Assembly (NCBI GenBank): GCA_000934665.2
Contig: JYFJ02000422.1
Coordinates: forward strand, 62,001 to 126,000
Source: Catajapyx aquilonaris
Lineage: Eukaryota
Direction: 5' to 3'
DNA: 64,000 bases
Below, piece after piece: positions 37,051 through 48,500 of this stretch. The notes under the pieces are model-generated. The model had not been told where the DNA came from and searched no databases. It worked only from the letters and a program-made list of their open reading frames with translations. A program made the position numbers and the translations under genes. Each line of letters opens with the position of its first letter. Position 1 is the stretch's first letter.

Positions 37051-40000
37051 ACAGACCTGCTTCCACAGGTTGGGTGGGTGGGTGCCTTGCCTGCCTGGGA
37101 GTATAGGGGGAGGGAAAACATTCTTACCTCATTATTACCTCTCGCCGCGGGTGGACCATTTACGGTATCCTACTTTTCGGAAGCTGGTGGCTTTTTATGT
37201 GGTTAAAAAAAATGGGGCGACGGTTTCATTTGATGTTCAGAGTCATTAGGAGTGACACTTTTTCGAACTGCTGGGGACAGCAATGTGGCTTTGAGTTATA
37301 ATGATCTGCAAATTACAGCGGGAATTAGTGTGTGATGAACATTGCGACTGTTTTTGTAGCTTTAGCACGCACAGTCTACAAGGTATGGCTGATGTGCCAC
37401 ATTTTTGGTCGCTGTTGCTGTTGATGATGATTTTAGTGTCAAAAGTATATTATTATTATTTTTCCTTTTTTTCTGATATTCGTTCGTTCGAGTATCCTGT
37501 GAGTGCCACTACCCGAGGCACTACCCGTTGCCAATTGTGAGGAATGTGCTTGGCACGCAGATACACTGCTGCGGTCAGCTAGCTGAATGTTGACCTACCC
37601 TTTGCACTTGTAAATAATTTGCTCGGTTTAATATTTTACTTTGTTTATAGCATCATTTACTATTGCAGAACCTCAACTAGTAACCCGGGATGTAATATTG
37701 TCTGCAGCTAGAGTAAATGTGGCGTGATATATGCTTTGAGAGCCTACTGTAACCTGGTTTTTTACGGCAAAGCTGTAGTATACACGCACTAATGCACTAC
37801 AACTGCATGCGATATGAAATATTGACAAATGCCCTTAGCGCTCTTTATGCAGTCTGCCTCGAATCTATGCAGCGAATTATCTCCGAGTGGAGTCTTGTTA
37901 CTAATTAATAATAATAATAATCAGTCCCTAACTGATGGATCTCTTCAACTAAGACGAAAACAAATTCTATTACATGACCTGTGGCATTTTGTGAAGTATA
38001 AAATTACATTTTGATCCCTGTCGGGCGAGCACATCGCCGGAATAATGAAAGGAGACGCGTGGGAATGATTAGGGTCATGTGGGTGGGTGGCGGCGGTGTG
38101 TGGGTGGCCCGCAAAGTCCGTAGCTTCACGATCGCATCTCACCCTCACCTACGCTTGAATTAACTTATTAGTTATCTATCATCCTATATATTCTTTCAAA
38201 AAATACCAACGATGCATAGATGTCAAGGTGATGGGATAGGTTTAAGAGCTATCGATCCAGTTTTGCGAATAAAGTTCATTGAGAGAGCAGGTATTATAGA
38301 ATGGGAATATCGATCGGGGAGATATATCTATAAGTTAAAAAAAAAAGCGGCGAGCTTTTCGTGGGGATCTGTAAAGGAAATGGCACAATGGGACTGGTTT
38401 CCGGACCGTGTATCGTCATGAAATAGTTTCCATATTGGACCAAAGTAGGAAGTGCTGAAGTTGATGGTATCGCTAACAGAGTGGGCTTATTTTCAAGGAA
38501 ATGATTCTTTTTTTGATTCGCATCTGCTCACTCGAGTACAACGACTCTGATCTTACCGCCAACCTAATTTAACCCGATATTATTTTGAAAATGTACAATG
38601 CGATATCATATTACTCATTATAATATTACAGTACTAGCTGTTGCAGAACTGTTATGTTTTGGTCTTATTTTTTCCATGGTGTGATCAGCAGAGTAATATT
38701 CGGCAATGGATAGTGAGTACAGCTATACATTGTTTAGATATGGTATTTGTACTTATTACACTGTTGGGACTCAAGGTTGTCGTAGAATTATTGATGGCAA
38801 GCTATTGAGTTGAGTGCTGTTCTCTGAATAAACACCGTGTTTCCGATAGCCTCCGAATAAAACATTCAGAGGAACTACATGGATCCTTTGCACAGAGGTT
38901 AGCCTTCTGAATGGGGAAGCGAATAAGTGTTATCAGATCTATGTTGCACAAGACGAACCCTGGAAGCTGTGGTTGGAGGATAATGCCTTTCCTTCCTCGC
39001 TACCGCCTGTTTATCGAAATCTGTGGCCTTCCACATGACGCACTTCATTCATACGGATAACGTCTTTTTTTTTCTTAATGAGCCATTCTCTCGTACAATT
39101 ACATTCATGTCAAACACAACTCCTGGCACCGAACAGTAAAAGATGAGAATGATAATTGGCAGGCACCCTGGTAGCGATTGCATTACCCTTTTGTGTACAT
39201 GGCTCGAGTGTTAATTATACAACGTAATAGCATAATACCATAATCCGTGAGGGTATGGTAATTATTTTCTGTGCATTGATCCAGCACTGTTTCTGTGGTG
39301 CTGTCTTGGGATTCCCCCAGGAATATCAGCTAACACGAGACATACCGGTATGTCTCCAAAAGCCTGCTACAAGATCGACATCTGTCTTTTCAGGACATAA
39401 ATATAGATGGCCCATCAACTGATGTTTTCCAGCCTCTGAAAAACTGTCGAGTAGAAAAAAAAAGAATGTCGTTTTACCTTGAAATACCGCCCTTGACCTT
39501 CTTTTATAGCCCGAAACCTAATCGATTATTCCCAGTGATCAGGAAGGTAGAGCTATAGAATAATAAATACCCTGGCAAGTTGTAGGCCTCGGGGCTTCAC
39601 TCTTTGTCACTGACAGTCGGTGTCACCTTTTGTTCGGAACAATAGCCATTCTTTACCCCGTCGAGCCGAAATTTCCCCGAGACTGAAAGAGTTGGGTATG
39701 TGCAAATTAGGTGACACAGTAACGTCTTACTGCTGACGGAGTAATTAGGTGCTGGCTTAAGACTCAGAATCAATACGCCACTCACGTTAATGACAGGAAG
39801 TTTGCTGTGCATACTGTATGTTGGTCGTGTTGCTGCACGCGATTAGTTTTATAATTCATTATGGCCTCCGTTTCAGGCCAACATTTTGGCTGGTCAGATG
39901 ACAAACATGGGCCCAAATTTCGATTTATGGCATTTTGGTCTAGCACTTTGGCGCCAATGGTGATCCATTTTGGAAACTTGAGGAACTGAATAAATTAAAC

Positions 40001-43000
40001 AAGGATAAATGCGTGACCCGCGATTGACGTTGGGAGAATACTTTATTCTGCACGAATAGGTCGCAAAAAATATTATAAGGACTACCTCACATGTCTTAAC
40101 TATCGACTCATCTAAACTTGACCTGGGTCGTGCTCACCTGCTGTCCTTTGTTATCACTGATCAAGTTTTGCACTACTATAATTACCATATTTACCAAATT
40201 AATGAGTCTTAACTCTAAGCGGAATGTGCGATCTGATCGTCGAAGCAATTTTGGATGATTATGAATTCATCGCTGGCGATTGGAAAGCTCGGACGAAGCG
40301 ACATGCAGGAAATGTGAAGCTGCCCATTAAGTTTAAGACAGTCGGTGTATCACTCCCAAGGCCTTTATTGCACCCCCTTACTTTCTCTGCCATCCATCAC
40401 TGAAATAATAGAAGGTAGTACTTTGGAACACCATACGTCGTGGCATGTTCAGTTTGTCATTAGCGCTATATTTAACACTACCGGTATACATGAGTGGGCC
40501 GTACTGTCATGAAGTTTGATGTCGGCCGCTTCAAAGAAAGCCTAGTCGATTAAAGACACATCGTTCGATTAATGGAAGATTGCTGAACTTGGACCAAAAT
40601 TATCATTTCTCTTATATTACGCCGAAGCGCCACTTTAGAAACCAAACTGTGCCCAAAGGTGGCCTAAAGACACTGCGCAGTGTGCATTGTCACTATATGT
40701 GTATCTTCTATTATCCACCCTAGTTTGACGTCCATCGTATTAGGTCATGATTATTGCTTTTCATATCTGACGCCTGTGCCATTAACCATGTTTCTGAGAA
40801 GCATGTAGCCACATTTCTGAGTCGATCAAGACGTCAACGAAGCTCGGACACAAACATCAATAAAGCATGATGGAATGTAATGCGCTGTATTTGGTTGGTT
40901 GGGATCTGAGCACGCAGTTGTACTGGCATAATTGAGGGTTTACTCTAGCTGGTACCTCACAGCTCGTACTGCACACACCACCGCACTGCCGCATAAGTCA
41001 ATTTCCGCGGTGATATTTTATTAAAGTTGCGGACATGGCGAGTAACCTTATACAAGCCATATGTGCACCCTGTGGACATTTCCCACTCACACGTCGCTCT
41101 GTCTCTTCCCAGCATTTGTCTTCTGGTTGTTGGACACCACCATTCATTTCAAGTAAATAATGTGCAGGTTTTCAGACGTTCGTAGATGCTGCTGCATGGC
41201 TAGAGAATTTTTGGCGGGGGAATTTGTGAGTATCAAGCTGGAAATTTATATCTCGGTGACAAAGTCGAGTCAAGTGTACAGTGTGACGAAGTGTGGGTAG
41301 TGTTGGGGCGCCACGTGGGGGAACTATCGATTAGATTCCGATTATGTGGAGGAAGCGACAACAGTCGACGTACACACTGGCGCCGTCATCCAGCCTACAT
41401 CCGGTGACTTTTGGCGCCATTGCTTTTTTTTTTTTTGGTCGATTTATTATTTTTTTGCTGGAAGCTCCGGTTTCGATTTTCATGGAATAACGTACCGGAT
41501 TGAAATGCTTTGATGATTCGTTCCCCTATTAGTGTGGTATGTTGAGCGTATACAGTTTCTAGAGTCTTGCAACCTTTTGTAGCCAAACTGAATATAGGAG
41601 CTTACAATAATTTTTAATTACAGAGTGATATCAGGTCACCCTCTAATAACTCAGTATTGTGTAATTTTGTTTGAATTTTTAACATGAAAATGCCTGGATG
41701 TAAACGCCAAAATTTCTATTTTGACTTCAGGTTATGGATATATATCAATAATTTATCGCTAAAAATTGTAGTCTATGAACCATTCAATATCATTATCTGA
41801 GCGGAATATTTGCCACAATATATGCAGGCAAGCCTCTAACACTTTGGATTTCGCCATAACTTACAAGATCCGTAAGTAATACTCCATACACCCGTCAGTT
41901 AGATTTTTTTGTATACAGTAGACTTGCATTTTTCATGCCTTTTAGCTATAGGTAGGCTATCAGTGAATATTGGTGGTGCTATTGTTATTTATTACTGGTC
42001 ACTTGAAATATCGGAACCCATTTATCTATTTGCAATAGATAGCTATTATAATGATTCAAGGACGAGGTTGCAAATTTTCACGTCAAGTTGCTGTCTATTA
42101 TAATTAGTGACTGTCGGGCAAAGATTATGAAGTGTATTGGTGTATGTTACAACAACTTGTGACGAAATTAGGATAAATATCCCGTAATAGTAAGACGTGT
42201 GGAGTAATTAAATGGAATTTGACCCTGAAACTAGCAAGGAAAAAAAACAAAATAAAAGACGTCGCAAGTTGCACAGTAAGGATGTTCATCTATGTCCGCA
42301 TGGACTTTGGAAATTCCACCCGTTAATCTTTTGACAGCACTCACTTTTTCTGTCTTGAGAAAGAAAAAAAAACTGTCTTCCACCGAAAAATAATCGTTTG
42401 TTACTCACGCGCATAACTCTGAATAACTCCAGTGTTTCCTAATATGTCGCTTCCCAAATGATGTATGGACCGCAGTTTCCTTCGCGTATATATTACGGTG
42501 CATATTGACAAGGAAACCAAGAAGCTCATTTTTCTACTGATTTAGCATTTTAGACTCGGGTTGTTCATGGCTTGAATGTTAAATCTTATTTCGTGACACG
42601 AAGCCCTTATAAACCCCATGTTACGTACCTATTTATATTAAATTATTGCCCCGCCATTGTATTGCAGAAGAGGAGAGTGTCAGCCCCACAATCCGAATAA
42701 TATACAAGAATTAAAAAATTTAAAAGTCGCATATCAGGGTTAATTCGCATGCCAAGGTCTAGTCAAGGTTATTAAGATGTGAAGGCAGAGCTTCTTCGTG
42801 TATAATCTCAGATTTAATTACATTTATCATTGTTATTATCATTTTTTGCAGATTGTAAGTTCTCACGTTTTGCCGCACTGCATGCAAGCACATTGGAAGG
42901 GGATTATAAACAAAAACAATACCAGCCAAACGCACGACACAATAGAACCGGATCTGTTATTTTTAAGTGGTAAATATTTGCTCCAATTTCTTAGTCTTCA

Positions 43001-44028
43001 GTATTGTTCAGCCCCGGAATGTTACGGATGAAGTTCAGTAAAATTTCTGACGTCATATTTATCTTATTGGGACAAGTTATGCTTTTTTTAGTACCTAGAG
43101 TCAGGGTTTTTGTCTTAAATGAAGAGGGTTTACAGAAAGCAGACGTCATGTGCTTTTTAGCACGACCGTCGCATAAGTATTAAGTGTTCCGTGACTTTTT
43201 GAGCATTCCATACCAAGTGAGGCAATTGTTCGTGCGTTTCTTTTAAGTTCTCACTTGATAAACTCGATGGTCTCATTTTCCAGCAGCCTTGTGCAACATT
43301 TTGTGAATCTACCAAAATAGGTCCCAACGTACGGCTTTATCGGAACCCTTACTATTCTGCACTTTGCGTTACTCTAGTTGATTTATTATATTATTTCTCT
43401 GACAATCCACATACAGATGGGCAGAAAATAACCATCTGCAGCAAAGCATTTTTAAATGACGTATGAGACCTGCACCTTTTTCAGAGACAGGTGCAAAATA
43501 AGAGTATGGGAAAGAAAAAAAATTCTGGTCGTTGGCCCTGGTGCGGAATTTATGTATAATTTTTGCTCTAAGGACACGTGCGAATAGGTGCGAGCACACC
43601 AAAGTCTTATGAAGGTGACCGCAACAACTGATTTTTTTTGTTTTACAGCATTGCTGCCACTGTTCAGACACCTGTTGGAGGCATTTTTCTAGGAGGATTA
43701 TAAGCCTCTAATATTGGATTAGTATACTACTAGACTACTAGTACCGAGCATTGCAATGCCACATTGGAGCAACCAGCCTGTATGTATGTAAAGAAAGAAT
43801 GCTATGTGCTTACTGCAAGTGTTAATTTACCTGCAAATAACAAAACATGCCATCTTGGCCAATGGCAAATAACCTGTGTACACATTATAAAGAGCGCAAA
43901 ATATATTGTGCGCCTACTTAGTATTTGTTTTATTATAGGTCTATTATACTAGCAATAAAATGTTACAGAAAACAGCCTGCGAAAAACCTGTTTTAGAGTA
44001 TTCATGAGGATCATTCAGGTCAGTTCGT

Positions 44029-44300
44029 ACCAAGTTAGCCCTTGGTATCTCCGACATCCCTCTTAATGCGATAGAAAGGTTCCGGGTTCGATCCCAATCT
44101 CGGGTTTCCCTTTCAGATTTGGTGCGGAGTTGAGGGTCTCTCTGGCTTCGCTTCGGGTGGGATTTCCGGTAGACTGACCACCCGAGAAACTCACTAAAAT
44201 GGCCCCCGAGACATTGCACTTGCACCTGCACAGCCCCTTGCAGCAACATCCTATGCGGGTCCGGCCGTTACACAAGAGGTTCCAACACTAATGAAGGCCC
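44029..44300 (+). mobile_element. Probable second tRNA-headed SINE (different family, possibly Deu/Nin-domain-like)
   Basis: An A-box-like TAGCCCTTGG (44036-44045) and a consensus B box GGGTTCGATCCC (44084-44095) lie at tRNA-like spacing. A GC-rich body of about 200 nt follows, with an internal stem TCGGGTGG/CCACCCGA, embedded in AT-rich flanks. No TSD was found and boundaries are approximate. Confidence 0.5.
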
Positions 44301-44818
44301 TTTATGATGTATAAACTTACTGTACCTACTGTACATGCGTATACGGAACAATGTTACCATCCCGTAGCGTAGAGAAATATTTTGTGTGTATGTGTGGGGG
44401 TAGGAGAAATGTAATTTTCAAGCGACAAACGCTCATACGTATATCGAAATCAAGGGATTGTGACTTTTATAGTTCTGTATTTCAGGCTCTCACATTAAGG
44501 ATCCGTATTATATGCAACGCGGCTGTCTTAGATAGCTTGTTTACGTAGCTAATTTATTTCACTTGAGGCACTGATTTGATGACATATTCAAGAGGCACAT
44601 TTGTTGAAGTATTGAGTGAGGTGTACGTATATAATGTACAGACATAGTGTACTTTGCTTATGACACTTCGCTAATGCGGCGCTTTCGATTGTGCGTATTA
44701 ATATTAATTACTTTCGGCGCTTTCCTTGGCCACATCAGCTGTTTCGAGTAGGCCTAAACCTGCTCCATTTTCTTACCGATACATTTATTGCAGACCTAGT
44801 GCTATGGCGAACTTAATA

Positions 44819-45189
44819 CAGGTGACCCAAAATAGGTTGTCCGACTAATGTGGCTATTTGTCGGCAATAAACAACTTACTATAGCAGTTGTGCCTACTTT
44901 TGTTTAGTTGTTTTTGAGGGTTATCGTGATGGTTTGATGGTTAGCTACTTATATTACACCGAATTGAATCATCCATTGAAGCTTGTAGGAATGGCCCATT
45001 TGGGCTATTGGAATCTCACGTAAATGACAGAACTAAACTTTAAAAAGGATGGATACACGTAACCTATAATATTCGCGTTTAATACTTTTAACAGCCATGA
45101 AAAGAAACTATGCAAAAGTAACTGTTAAAAAATAGCTTCGTGCCAAAAAGTAGCCCCATATTAGTCGGACAAGTATTTAGGATCACCTG
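44819..45189. mobile_element. Degenerate Tc1/mariner-type MITE with long imperfect TIRs
   Basis: The left end is TA|CAGGTGACCCAAAATAGGTTGTCCGACTAATGTGGCTA. The reverse complement of the right end is CAGGTGATCCTAAATACTTGTCCGACTAATATGGGGCTA, and similarity continues about 80 nt inward. TA is present on the left flank (44817-44818) but the right flank is TT. There is a small hairpin near the centre (ATGGCCCATTTGGGCTAT, 44991-45008) and no ORF. Confidence 0.7.
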
Positions 45190-45927
45190 TTTTTGTAGTG
45201 TAAACACGTTCAAATACGAGTACTATGCATTAATTATCACATGAAAAAGCATGTGATTAGAACTACAGTAACATTAGGCTTTTCGACTGTCGTCTGGAAC
45301 CGAACTTGCTGTACTCGCGTAGTTATGGCTTCAAAAGTCCTTAATGCATACTTTTCTGACGGTCAAGTCAGTTTTCTGGTTTAGTTGCAGCAATAAATTG
45401 CTCTATCCTAGAGTAATAACTGAAAAAGGGGGATCCCATGGGCAATGCAATCTCCAGGATTCAAATCATCGTATCTCGCAATCATTCAAATGTGACTGAT
45501 CACTCTGCATTTCAGGTCTTCGTGTTGCAGGTTACTTCTTGTGGTGTGCGCGGGTTTTTATGTCCGGTTATTAAGAACAATAAGAAAGTTTTCCAGGGAA
45601 ATTCCCTGAAAGATCCAGATTTTAATTTTATTGTGTCAATGTAATTTATTGCCTGAGAATTTCTATTACGAATTTTAGATTAGTTCCAGCATTGATTGTT
45701 GAGGTGTAGGCTGATGAATGTACAAAGTCAAGCTAATAGCAATTTCCTTACACTTATGTAATATTACATGTGCTTCTAAGTTTGTGTTTGAGTCAATATA
45801 TTGGACAGGCCTAGTAAGCACTATTTTTAAAGCCCATTGCGTACGTACGTCTTGTGTGGGTATTTCAACTACAGCAAAAGAGATTCTATGGATGAGTTAA
45901 GTTAATCAAAAACTATTTTTTTGTCAG

Positions 45928-46417
45928 TCATGTATAAAATAATGGCCTTGTTGGGATCGAAGGTCGTGTCAGGAGAGAAGAAACCACCTTCTAAAAAAGC
46001 CACCAAAAAGGGGCAAAAAATCCAAGGTAGAGGAAGCCCTATATATCGTCCTTGAGGAAGGTTAGTCGTCTTATCATTAGAACATGCTCTTCCTCGGAGA
46101 AGCCTATAGTATACAAGTCAACGGTCAGTAATTACACAGATTCGAACGAGCAGCTCTTGGACATGCAGCTTAATGATGCAATACATCTCACACGTCGCCT
46201 TCGGCTTTATTAAATGTTATCAATATGCAGAAAAATGTCGGATCCAGAGAAGCATCTCCGCAATGGTGTACTTGAGCCTCAATCTTTCATTGTTCCATTT
46301 TTCCCATGAGGCAAGAGGACAAAAAGGTCTACCTGATCACAACAGCGAGGCCATAGATATGGCACATATCGCATAAGCATACTGGTGCGCTGTACAAAAA
46401 GGAGGAAGCTGACTTAA
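45928..46417 (+). other. Candidate pair of exons (45928-46060, 46231-46417) with small ORFs
   Basis: First exon: acceptor TATTTTTTTGTCAG (45927), donor AAG|GTTAGT (46061). Second exon: acceptor AATATGCAG (46230), donor TAA|GTGAGT (46418). Confidence 0.25.
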
Positions 46418-48159
46418 GTGAGTTATTGTAACTGAAGACGCAAGGTCTCTTCATTGTGTAAAGACCTATCAGGGAAATGGCCGGATATTGTCTCCGACTA
46501 TAGTTTCCATGTGCCGAACCTGTGACATCTACATGATTAAAGTCGTGCCTCGCTCTCTTTTTTTTTTTGTCCGGTATCGTCCAGATTGTTCTTCGTCCAT
46601 GTCGAGGGTTAGATCACATTTTTAAAGCAGTGACCTCGAAGAAATGAAGCTTCTTTTTTTTCTCAAGTCTCCTGCTGTCTGATTTCCAAGTTGCCATGCA
46701 ACATAAAAACGACAGAGAAAAACGAGGCGATGCCTATGAAGAGAGAAAAAAAAAGAACAAGAGAAAGAGGTGACCTACAGCCCAGTAACCACCAAATTGA
46801 TTCTAGTAGGCCTACTAAACCTGTGCATGATCAATGAGGCTGTTACATAACACGGAAGGCGCTCATAACGAGTGGGAAAGTGGAAATTGGAACAAAAACA
46901 GTGAGAAAAAAAACCGGTTAGAAGAGAAGGTTTTGTCCCAAATAAGCTGCTTTTGTGGTCCATACTAAGATTCGCACTTTTTTTTGTACCATCCGAAAAA
47001 GAACTTATACGATTATCCGGGATTTGAGCTTCACATCATTTGCATTGGCGTGTTCTTATCTGTCACGTAAAAACGTGGACTTCGGAATTAGGGTTACAAG
47101 AGGTGGAATTCGTGTTCATTTTTTGGCACGTATACTAGGATTTGATGTCTATCTCGAAATACTGCAGGCATGTGATAGTGCAGTAGTATTACGTTACTTT
47201 CCAAGTCCATCCTAATTTTAATGTTAATAACGTAATTTTAGAAAGATAGCGCCTAGAAAAAAAAAATCCGAAATCTGTAATGACGCATATGCTATGTCTG
47301 GACAAGGACAAAGTTGACAAGTGAAGCAATATTACTTTTTTGACACAAGGAATTCCCGAAATTGAAGATAATCTCATTCTATTGTACTGTGCCTTGCAGA
47401 TATTTTCTTTCCGTCCATTGAAACTAGTGTCCAGCTATTTAACGTCAGAATAATCAGTAAAAATGCTATAAGCTTCTATTTCAGTGAAGATTAATATGAA
47501 ACAGACATCATAAGGAGGGAATAATTGCGTGGGATGGGATCGCCTACTAACCGTGACTGAATACTCGTTATTAACACGTAATTATGACATAAATTTAATG
47601 GAGGCAAAAACATGCTATACAGAGACATGACTTTTTAACAGTAGAATACACTCACATACTGTACAGTATTAACGTGACTTTTAATATTCAGCCGTGAGCA
47701 ATTTTTAGGAGCAGTTGTGCACATTGCCTTGATATGTAAATTTTTAAGCTACTCACTGTATTCATTTTGACGGCTAAGTACAGTACAAGTATAGTATAAA
47801 AAATAAGCGTTGAATAACGAATAAAATTCTGCATCAGACCTACAAAATAAGTAGGTCACATGCATCAGGTTCAGTTCGGAGAAAACAACTGTGACACCAC
47901 CGGCATACCTGAACAGTAACATACCAATCACACGCTCATTGAAATTTTTAAAAAAGGCAAGAGCCACGAACCAAAAATATCGACAGAGGACCACAAGTGA
48001 ATACCTTTTCGTCCAACATGAAGTGGGCCTGATGCTAATTTAGTCTCATTTGTAGTCATAATATTCCAACTGAAGGTGTGTTGTACGTGTGTGTGCGCGT
48101 GTGAGGGGTATAAGGGGGTAAGGGGAGCTCATGTGTGCTGCATGAGCCGCCAAGGAAAA

Positions 48160-48500
48160 AGGGAAAGTGAGACATGGCAAGCTCTCCGCCTCCATACAAC
48201 TTTCCGGCCCACAAGGAAACTGGGATACTGAGCACGTGAGAATAGAAAAAAAAAATACAATAAAAATAAAATGGTAGGCGGAGTAGGGGGGGGGGGGGGT
48301 GGAATAATGCGGTCCGTGCTCGTTCTACATTCCGGGATGGAAAGTGAAAGTGAGGCATAAATCGTGGTCGGATGAAACTGAACTTGGCCAAATTACGGTA
48401 ACCCGGTAGGGGAAGGGGAGGAGGTCACTTAAAACAAAAATAAAAAAATATAAAACGAGGAAAGTGTTCCTCTAGGCAACCAGGGCATGTCTGTGCAAAA
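48160..48500. promoter_or_regulatory. Candidate enhancer/promoter island with IRF/PRDM1, ETS, nuclear-receptor, RFX-like and p53 half-site motifs
   Basis: GGGAAAGTGAGA near 48161, ACTTCCGG near 48199, poly-G tract near 48286-48299, GAAAGTGAAAGTGA 48340-48353, GAAACTGAACT near 48374, AGGTCA near 48422, GTTCCTCTAGGCAAC near 48466, GGGCATGTCT 48483-48492. Confidence 0.45.

Noticed and set aside
40871..40892. miR-1-like start TGGAATGTAA
   Set aside because: The 3' half diverges from miR-1 and no complementary arm is nearby.
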